NCBI RefSeq assembly: GCF_009831105.1
Contig: NZ_WUUQ01000001.1
Location: forward strand, 600,001-632,000
DNA: 32,000 nt
DNA from: Copranaerobaculum intestinale
GTDB taxonomy: Bacteria > Bacillota_I > Bacilli_A > Erysipelotrichales > Erysipelotrichaceae
Reading direction: 5' to 3'
Under the pieces are notes generated by a model. It was not told the DNA's origin, searched no databases, and worked only from the letters and a program-made list of their open reading frames with translations. Positions 9,142-15,131 of this stretch are shown here, in pieces. Position 1 is the stretch's first letter. Every line of letters starts with the position of its first letter. A program made the position numbers and the translations under genes.

Positions 9142-9166
9142 AAATCATTCACTCCTTTCTGGGTAC

Positions 9167-9203
9167 GAAAAAAGCAGTCAATCATATAGACTAACTGCTT
9201 TGT
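9167..9203 (-). terminator. Rho-independent terminator closing XRE-TM cassette 2 (copy B of the 36-37 bp repeat)
   Basis: It has the same AAAGCAGT...ACTGCTTT-TTTC hairpin as 4963-4998, with one extra T in the loop. Confidence 0.75.
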
Positions 9204-9241
9204 AAATGTTGCAAGATATAATCATAAATCTGCATTTTTAG

Positions 9242-9568
9242 TTATATTAAGGTCGCACATATAATGCCAATTACACCAATAGCCAAAAATAACAGTCCAA
9301 TACCTGCTGATTTTTTACGTTTTTCTAATTCTTTTGAGTTGCTTTCACTCATATTTACAATAGGGTATTTTCTTCTTCCGATTAGATACATAAGCAAACC
9401 ACTTGAATTATTCCCACTCATTGTAAATACTCCCCAAAATTTAGGGTGCTTTAATCCTCTGGCTGTTGCGTCTATAACAGTCATATGATAAATCTGAAAC
9501 ACAACACAAAACGCTCCTACAAGTGCAACTGCTCCACAAATTACCGCTAAAACTATGTTCAAATTCAT
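9242..9568 (-). CDS. Small membrane protein (108 aa, 3 TM), possibly PLDc_N-like
   Basis: Hydrophobic N- and C-terminal helices. The central WGVFTMSGNNSSGLLMYLIGRRK loosely resembles the PLDc_N W...G..Y..gr signature. Probably co-transcribed with the upstream XRE gene (15-nt gap, AAGGAGG RBS). Confidence 0.7.
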   Translation of the reverse strand: MNLNIVLAVICGAVALVGAFCVVFQIYHMTVIDATARGLKHPKFWGVFTMSGNNSSGLLMYLIGRRKYPIVNMSESNSKELEKRKKSAGIGLLFLAIGVIGIICATLI

Positions 9569-9583
9569 AACAAAATATCCTCC

Positions 9584-9991
9584 TTAAAATTTTTTGATTA
9601 TCTGGTAAAGTAATGCTGATGAAGTGATAACCATAAGACAAAATATTCCAACTAAGAAATAACGGTTATCTGGTATAAACATATTTAATGCTATCAGCAA
9701 TGCTACGACAATGATATTTACAATAATTGCCCATATCATTTTTTGGTTGCTTTTTACAACATTTGTACTTTCTTCTAAATGTTCAATCATTTTTTCATCA
9801 CCCTTTAGCAATTCGTCAAGACTTATAGAATATAGGTTGCTCAACTCTATTACATTGATAATGTCTGGGTAAGATTTTTCATTTTCCCAGTTTGAAATTG
9901 TCTGCCTTGATACATTGATTTTTTCTGCAACATTTTCTTGTGTCATTCCAGACTGTACTCGTGCATTTTTAAGTTTCTTACCTATTTCCAT
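9584..9991 (-). CDS. Membrane-tethered XRE-family HTH regulator (135 aa, 2 TM)
   Basis: The HTH is KLKNARVQSGMTQENVAEKINVSRQTISNWENEKSYP, followed by two C-terminal TM helices. AAGGAG RBS. Confidence 0.85.
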   Translation of the reverse strand: MEIGKKLKNARVQSGMTQENVAEKINVSRQTISNWENEKSYPDIINVIELSNLYSISLDELLKGDEKMIEHLEESTNVVKSNQKMIWAIIVNIIVVALLIALNMFIPDNRYFLVGIFCLMVITSSALLYQIIKKF

Positions 9992-10158
9992 ATTCCGATT
10001 GCTCCTTTCGGTGTCATTGTCATATATTAACCCTCAAATGTCTATCCAATATCTTCGACAAATCCTTTTTTTCCTTGTCAAAATTATTTTACATAGCTTA
10101 AATACGGCTCTTTTGGCTCATTATACTGTAATTTCAGAGTATAATCTATGACCTAGAT

Positions 10159-10542
10159 TTATTTTTTCGTCTGTCCCTGCGGTACATGGTTCTGTGGATT
10201 GCCTGCGTTCTGATTGCCTTTATTCTTCAACACAATATCCTCTGCCTTTACATACCAGTCCACATCTGCACCACCAAACGTCTTTCTTGATACCGTATCG
10301 GCTACGGGATTGACAAGCTCTACAACTGCATTGTACGGAAATTCCCTTAACGGCACTTCTGGCGGTACGGACACGGGGATAATTCCACCATGCAGACTAC
10401 ATTTCAAGTCATAGATACGCTTTTTAAGCTGGGTACTCGGTGTCCCGTCCTCATTCTGTAAGAAAACATCACGCACCGCTGTAAATTTTAATTCTCCAAA
10501 TGTTTTCTCTTTGTCAATAACAAAACCGTTTGATAATCTCAT
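10159..10542 (-). CDS. HelP-like helicase processivity factor (Tn916 orf22 homolog, DUF961-type)
   Basis: 127 aa, against 128 aa for Tn916 Orf22. It is a paralogous pair with the next gene (FGELKF / FGTLEF, VELVNP / VKLVNP). Confidence 0.8.
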   Translation of the reverse strand: MRLSNGFVIDKEKTFGELKFTAVRDVFLQNEDGTPSTQLKKRIYDLKCSLHGGIIPVSVPPEVPLREFPYNAVVELVNPVADTVSRKTFGGADVDWYVKAEDIVLKNKGNQNAGNPQNHVPQGQTKK

Positions 10543-10557
10543 AAATTCTTCACTCCT

Positions 10558-10884
10558 TTACTTTTCTTCAACTGCTACAATATCATCAGCAACTAATACA
10601 TAATCGGTATGTCCCATATCCCCGATTGCGTAACCTCTGCCGTACAACTTCGGATTGACAAGTTTTACTTTCTGTTCATACTTGAACTTCTTTTCGCCAG
10701 CCTGCACGGGAATTTCCACTACAACATTTTCGCCTTTCTGTACGTCAGAATAAAGGTTATAGCTTCGTCTGGCTAAGACCCTGCGGTTATTTTTATCTCT
10801 TTCAAAGATAGGCTCGCTTTCTCCTGCAAATTCAAGAGTTCCAAAAGACTGTGCCATATCTGGCACGACATATTTCATTTCCAT
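10558..10884 (-). CDS. HelP-like helicase processivity factor (Tn916 orf23 homolog, DUF961-type)
   Basis: 108 aa, against 104 aa for Tn916 Orf23. It is the first gene of the DNA-processing block. Confidence 0.8.
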   Translation of the reverse strand: MEMKYVVPDMAQSFGTLEFAGESEPIFERDKNNRRVLARRSYNLYSDVQKGENVVVEIPVQAGEKKFKYEQKVKLVNPKLYGRGYAIGDMGHTDYVLVADDIVAVEEK

Positions 10885-11116
10885 AATGTTTTACCTCGTT
10901 TCTTTCTATTTTGATAAATTGATTGTAATTTCTTATTCTGGCGGTTTGGGAAGTACCAGCAATCCCCCAGATAGTAAAGGGTAAAATCAATGCTTCGCAC
11001 CCTTGACTATCCGTGTTCTTGCAGGTTGGTGGCAGACAAGCCAGAATAAGCAAAAGTCTGCCGTTTGACAGCTTCGGCGGAGAGCGTGATTTTTCTTTCA
11101 TCATACCGTTACCGCC
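10885..11116 (-). other. Structured 232-nt untranslated leader between the adhesin gene and orf23
   Basis: An 11-bp perfect long-range inverted repeat CTTATTCTGGC (10932-10942) / GCCAGAATAAG (11040-11050) is present. There are nested hairpins GATAGT..GGGT..ACCC..ACTATC (10969-11010) and GGCAGAC/GTCTGCC (11031-11062). The only ORF here (10832-11104) overlaps orf23 and looks spurious. Confidence 0.45.
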
Positions 11117-14100
11117 TTATGATTTCTTCATTTTACGGCGTTTGTAAAGATATGTTCCAGCCAGTCCACCAGCAGACGCAAGCAACATCACAAGAAATGC
11201 CATTACATTTGTACTGTCGCCCGTTTTGGGACTGTCGCTCGGTCTGCTCGGCTTTTCTGGTATCTGTGGTGTTTCGGGTTTCTCTGGTTCTTCTGGCTTT
11301 TCCTTAAAGGTAATCGTCTGTCCCTTATCCTCAATATCCTTATGCTCGGTAACTTTCTTCGGCTCGTCTGGATTGCTTAAATCGTACAATTCTTCAAAAG
11401 TTACAAGCTGTTTACCGTCAAGAGAAGTAGCGTCAAACGTAAAAGCAACTTCCACTTTCATAGTTTCGCTGTCAGCAGTAAACGTATAATCATTTTCCAC
11501 ACATTTTCCATTGATAAGAAGTTCTGCATTTTCTTCTTTCAACATCTGCCAGCCCACAAGTTTGTACTGTGTACCAACTTCTAAGCCCTCTAAGGTTACG
11601 GTATCAATGATTGTAACGTTTTTTCCAGCTTCAAGCTCTTTGTTGCCGTCCTTATTCGTAGCAGTCGTATGAATTTTGATGATACGCTCTGTGATTAAAA
11701 CGGTCTGCCCGTCGTCCTCAATGTCTTTGTGTTCCGCAACTTTCACGGGTTCGTCTGGATTGCTCAAATCATACAATTCTTCAAAGGTAACAAGGTTCTT
11801 GCCACCTAAAGCAGACGCATTGAATGTATAGGCAATTTCCACTTTCATTTCTTCCTCATCAGCGACAAAGGTATAATCATTTTCTGCACGTTTCCCGTCA
11901 ATGATAAGCTCGGCGTTTTCCTCTTTTAACATCTGCCAGCCTTTGAGCTGATATTTTGTGCCTTTTGTAAGTCCGTCTAATTTGACAGTATCAACAATCG
12001 TAATCTCTTTTCCTGCAAGGATAGTCTTTTCGCCGTCCTTGCTGGTCGCTGTGGTATGGATAGAGATTTCTTTTTCGTATTCATCAGTCAGCGTTCCTAA
12101 ATCAATCAAAAGATTATTTCTTGATACCACGATTTCAAAAGGTGGGATAAGTTCAAAGCCTTTGTTGCTTTCAGAGCGTAATTCCTCAATGACGTAAGTA
12201 TCGTAAGGTAACGCACCTTTGCTGTCGTCTGGTTCAGAAGTTCCAAACCACACACCGTCCTCGCTGGTCTTGCCTGCGTTGGTATTGTGCTTATGAGAAG
12301 CCCAGTCAGCAGAAGTGGAGAACTGCCCGTTATTGTCAGTTACCACGATATGACTTTCTCCTGTCGTCTTGCTTGTGATCCTAAAGGGAACATCAGCAAG
12401 ACGCTTGTGTGTGCCTGCACCGATTTTTACACCCTCAATATCTCCACGCTTAATCTGATTATAGATAGAATGGGCTTTGTCGGTTAAGTCCACGATTTTT
12501 CCATTTTCTGTGATTGTAAAATCAATCGGCTTTGCACCGTCAGTTAAGTAACCGTCGGGAGCTTCACTCTCAACAATACGGAATTTTCCATAAGGTAAGA
12601 GGTCAGCAGAAGTAGAAGCGACACCCTCAATATCGGTACGAATTGTCTTTACCACTTCATTTTTCTTGTATAGCTTGCCCTCAACCAAAACAGAATTATC
12701 ATTTAAGGAAATGATGTCAAAAGCAGTATCTTTCAAGGTTGCACTTCCTTGTGGCTTCATATCGCCCGTTTCTAAATCTCGCTTCTGAATTTTCACACCG
12801 CCACGGATAACCTTGTCTGATACGGAAAACTGGTTACTTCCAGATAATACGGCAAGGTCGTCGTCCTCGGTAATCTGTGTTACATATAAGCCCTTTATCT
12901 GTTCGGACTTATCGCCAGCCTGCATATATGCACCCTCTAACAAGTAGCCGTTTGGAGCTTTTGTTTCTTCTATGGTTAGTGTCCCAAGTGGAAGAACGGC
13001 TTTTCCGTCTTGCATATAGAAGCTGTCGCCAGACACCTTGTATGCGTCCGCTAATTTTGTGATGTAATGAGTTGTCCCGTAGCTGTCTGTTTCAGCGATT
13101 GTCTTTGTAACCCATGTTCGAGTAGCTTCGGCAGGGAGATTGTCTTTGTTATAGAAGCCAGCATAATACTTCCATGTAAATTCCGCACCTGCTAAAGAAG
13201 CGTTCCCTTGCGGATTGTCTTTCTTTGTTTCCATATCTATCTTGAAAAGCTCAATCAAAGTGTCCGTTACTTTTGGCGTATCAGATACGTTCAAAGTCGC
13301 CGTCTTTCCAGCTTCAATCTTTAAGGAATATACAGTTTTATCTACTTTATATCCTGCTGGTGCGGATAATTCCTTGATATAGACTGTGCCTGCTTTTACC
13401 TCTGCAACATCTGTATTTCCGTTTTCATCAGTCGTAAGGGTGGCAAGCTGTTTCGTGCAGTCCTTATCAGTAAAGACACCATAGGTCGCACCAGCGATTG
13501 AGTAATTCCCGTTACCGTCTGTAATGCTGGCATTACTGGAAGTCTTTTTAAGTTTCGCATTTCCAACATTCAGCTTCGCCCAGAATTGCCCCAATTCCTG
13601 CCCCTCGCCAGAGTAGATATAACCGCCACATTCATAGCGTCCTTTATTTTCTTTGACAAAGGTTCTTGCACCAGAGAAAACTTCGTCCTGCGTTGCCTTT
13701 GGAATTTCATCATAAGAAGCTCGCACGTTATCGCATTGCCAGCCAAGATGTACGCTCAATCTCTGCCAGACTACACATTGTTCCAACAGATAGACTTGCT
13801 TGTAGTTCAGTTCCTTGTGAGCTTCGCCATACTGTTTGACATACTCTAAGGATAACGCCACATCTGAAATCTGGTTGGCATTCATGCGTGAGCTTGCGTC
13901 AGCTCTGGTCTTGTAGCCATTCCTAAAATCTGTGTTAATGTCGATACAATAGGCTGTTTTGCCCTCAACTTTCATCATGCCCTCATTGAATGTCGAGCCG
14001 ATAGAACCGTCATTCATTACTTTTTCAATGATACCGACACGCTCTGCACTTTCTGTCCAGTATTGCTTACTTTCTGCATGAACGGGTGTAGTCGGTAAAG

Positions 14101-14161
14101 CAGTAACGATAGTTGCAAGAGCTAAGAAGCCCGTACACAATCGTTTCAATGTCTTTTTCAT
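11117..14161 (-). CDS. ICE-encoded sortase-anchored adhesin. It has an N-terminal thioester-type domain, Cna-B/SpaA-like folds, two VaFE/ester-bond type repeats and an SPKTG sorting signal.
   Basis: - Signal peptide: MKKTLKRLCTGFLALATIVTALPTTPVHA.
- Thioester-type motifs: AYCIDI Cys motif plus EQCVVW (TQxA[IV]W-like).
- Cna-B-like modules: repeated L.ETKAPxGY-like motifs (IKELSAPAGY, IEETKAPNGY, VESEAPDGY).
- Anchor: C-terminal SPKTGD, a TM helix, then KRRKMKKS.
- Start: the ATG at 14161 has a GGAG RBS. The track's alternative ATG at 14182 overlaps that RBS. Confidence 0.9.
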   Translation of the reverse strand: MKKTLKRLCTGFLALATIVTALPTTPVHAESKQYWTESAERVGIIEKVMNDGSIGSTFNEGMMKVEGKTAYCIDINTDFRNGYKTRADASSRMNANQISDVALSLEYVKQYGEAHKELNYKQVYLLEQCVVWQRLSVHLGWQCDNVRASYDEIPKATQDEVFSGARTFVKENKGRYECGGYIYSGEGQELGQFWAKLNVGNAKLKKTSSNASITDGNGNYSIAGATYGVFTDKDCTKQLATLTTDENGNTDVAEVKAGTVYIKELSAPAGYKVDKTVYSLKIEAGKTATLNVSDTPKVTDTLIELFKIDMETKKDNPQGNASLAGAEFTWKYYAGFYNKDNLPAEATRTWVTKTIAETDSYGTTHYITKLADAYKVSGDSFYMQDGKAVLPLGTLTIEETKAPNGYLLEGAYMQAGDKSEQIKGLYVTQITEDDDLAVLSGSNQFSVSDKVIRGGVKIQKRDLETGDMKPQGSATLKDTAFDIISLNDNSVLVEGKLYKKNEVVKTIRTDIEGVASTSADLLPYGKFRIVESEAPDGYLTDGAKPIDFTITENGKIVDLTDKAHSIYNQIKRGDIEGVKIGAGTHKRLADVPFRITSKTTGESHIVVTDNNGQFSTSADWASHKHNTNAGKTSEDGVWFGTSEPDDSKGALPYDTYVIEELRSESNKGFELIPPFEIVVSRNNLLIDLGTLTDEYEKEISIHTTATSKDGEKTILAGKEITIVDTVKLDGLTKGTKYQLKGWQMLKEENAELIIDGKRAENDYTFVADEEEMKVEIAYTFNASALGGKNLVTFEELYDLSNPDEPVKVAEHKDIEDDGQTVLITERIIKIHTTATNKDGNKELEAGKNVTIIDTVTLEGLEVGTQYKLVGWQMLKEENAELLINGKCVENDYTFTADSETMKVEVAFTFDATSLDGKQLVTFEELYDLSNPDEPKKVTEHKDIEDKGQTITFKEKPEEPEKPETPQIPEKPSRPSDSPKTGDSTNVMAFLVMLLASAGGLAGTYLYKRRKMKKS
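11306..12061 (-). repeat. Tandem duplication inside the adhesin gene (units of 123 and 129 codons)
   Basis: Unit 1 runs 11675-12061 and unit 2 runs 11306-11674. Each begins IHTTAT(S/N)KDG and contains GWQMLKEENAEL, LVTFEELYDLSNPDEP and EHKDIED(D/K)GQT. Confidence 0.9.
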
Positions 14162-14235
14162 AAATTTTAATACTCCTTTCATTTTTGGTATAAAAATAGA
14201 CGCTCATTTCTGAACGTCTATAACATACGAGTATC

Positions 14236-14264
14236 TTGATTTCTAGTGATAAATGATTTATAGT
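14236..14264 (+). promoter_or_regulatory. Putative sigma-70 promoter pointing out of the ICE toward the tRNA fragment
   Basis: TTGATT (14236-14241), a 17-nt spacer, then TATAGT (14259-14264). No ORF follows it. Confidence 0.4.
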
Positions 14265-14461
14265 TTGTTTGTAATGTTTTCTGATAAATTAAAGCTTTAA
14301 ATTAGCCTTTGTTGCTAACAACCTGCTAACACTCTACGGTGTATGAGGGTACACCAGAGAGTATCAACAATTAAACATAACAAGCACTTATGCTTTAATT
14401 TACGGCATTAAACGCTCCCAAGAGGATAATCGAACTTCTAGCTACCACGGTTCGCAGAGAA

Positions 14462-14506
14462 CTCCTAAGCGGTAGGTCGGGTGTTCGAATCACCTCGGGA
14501 ACGCCA
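14462..14506 (+). other. Orphan 3' half of tRNA-Arg(CCU), anticodon loop to CCA. Putative att direct repeat at the ICE end.
   Basis: The segment reads CTCCTAA, GCGGT, AGGTC, GGGTG-TTCGAAT-CACCT, CGGGAAC, G, CCA. No complementary 5' acceptor strand (GTTCCCG), D arm or 5' anticodon stem lies upstream. Confidence 0.6.
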
Positions 14507-14513
14507 AAAACTC

Positions 14514-14555
14514 CGCCGGAAAACCCAGTAAAATCAAGGGTTTCCGGCGTTTTTT
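14514..14555 (+). terminator. Rho-independent terminator directly after the tRNA fragment
   Basis: CGCCGGAAAACCC (14514-14526) pairs with GGGTTTCCGGCG (14538-14549) with one bulged A, followed by TTTTTT. Confidence 0.8.
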
Positions 14556-14594
14556 CATTTTTACGGAAAAAGTGAAAAATCGTAAAATTCACAG

Positions 14595-14761
14595 ATTTTC
14601 ATTAGCAAAATCTCCGTCAGCTAATGGAAATTAGGACGAATGTCGTCCGCCTTTCAGGTGAACGACTTGCTAATAAAAATTAGCAGGATTTTCGCTATTT
14701 TGCTAATGAAAATGCCCTCTCTGCTAATGGCAGAAAAATTCGAGCAAAATTCCTGCTAATG
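14595..14761. repeat. Dense array of TGCTAATG-type motifs (iteron-like protein-binding array)
   Basis: - Plus-strand copies: 14619-14627, 14668-14675, 14701-14708, 14722-14729, 14754-14761.
- Minus-strand copies: 14600-14607, 14679-14686.
- The 17-mer ATTTTGCTAATGAAAAT lies at 14697-14713, with its exact reverse complement at 14595-14611.
- The palindrome TGCTAAT-AAAA-ATTAGCA lies at 14668-14685. Confidence 0.8.
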
Positions 14762-14876
14762 AATAAGGCGTTCGTTACCCTGTTAATTCGTTCATTTAGG
14801 GGTGGTCAAGCGACAATCGCACACTACTTCTATGCCATTTCTTATTATATAATTGCGGTAACAGGAGGTGGTTGTT

Positions 14877-15056
14877 TTGAAAGAACAAAAATATCATTTA
14901 TACCTTTCCAAGGACGAATACAGCGAAGTGCTGCAATCACTTATCCGTTTGAAGAACAGCCTGATAGCACAAGGCAGATACACGGACGCAGCAGATGATA
15001 TTCTTTGCAAGGTGCTTTCAGCCAAGAAAAGAAAGTTCAAAATCAAATATATCTGA
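14877..15056 (+). CDS. Small transposon-associated protein, TnpW-like (59 aa from a TTG start)
   Basis: AGGAGG at 14863-14868 lies 8 nt before the TTG at 14877. The product is MKEQKYHLYLSKDEYSEVLQSLIRLKNSLIAQGRYTDAADDILCKVLSAKKRKFKIKYI. The TnpW assignment comes from my memory of similar small ORFs in clostridial transposons and is not verified. Confidence 0.55.
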   Translation: MKEQKYHLYLSKDEYSEVLQSLIRLKNSLIAQGRYTDAADDILCKVLSAKKRKFKIKYI

Positions 15057-15064
15057 ACACGAAT

Positions 15065-15096
15065 AAAGACCGCCTACACTTTTGTAAGCGGTCTTT
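15065..15096. terminator. Bidirectional terminator between convergent tnpW-like and ant(6) genes
   Basis: AAAGACCGC (15065-15073) pairs with GCGGTCTTT (15088-15096), a 9-bp stem flanked by A/T runs. Confidence 0.7.
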
Positions 15097-15131
15097 GCTA
15101 ATTTAGAGTAAGTTAGACAAATATGAATTTG

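Larger units (their letters stand above)
1..14506 (-). mobile_element. Tn916-superfamily integrative conjugative element, conjugation/DNA-processing half. It is partial and continues left of the window. The right boundary is proposed at the tRNA-Arg 3'-half repeat.
   Basis: A colinear minus-strand gene set matches the Tn916 order orf23-orf22-orf21(FtsK)-orf20(Rep_trans)-orf18(ArdA)-orf17-orf16(VirB4)-orf15. A sortase-anchored adhesin precedes it. The boundary is inferred from the orphan tRNA fragment at 14462-14506. Confidence 0.8.

Noticed and set aside
10832-11104. 90-aa ORF in the orf23 leader
   Set aside because: It overlaps the orf23 start, has Pro/Cys-rich improbable composition and covers the structured inverted repeats. 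I treated the region as a non-coding leader.
14271-14556. tmRNA (ssrA) or a complete tRNA ending at the CCA at 14504-14506
   Set aside because: The 3' acceptor strand CGGGAAC needs a 5' GTTCCCG. tmRNAs start with GGGG and carry a G3:U70 pair. Neither that nor a D arm or tag-reading frame is present, so only the 3' half is tRNA-like.
14395-14592. 65-aa minus-strand ORF from the track
   Set aside because: It runs antisense through the tRNA fragment and the terminator hairpin, has no RBS and has odd composition. It is almost certainly spurious.
14658-14998. Reading frames through the TGCTAATG array: a 33-codon GTG frame at 14658-14759 and the 79-aa track ORF at 14759-14998
   Set aside because: Neither has an RBS. 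The 79-aa ORF overlaps the better-supported TnpW-like gene in another frame. The repeats occur on both strands and as palindromes, which fits DNA-level sites better than a peptide repeat.
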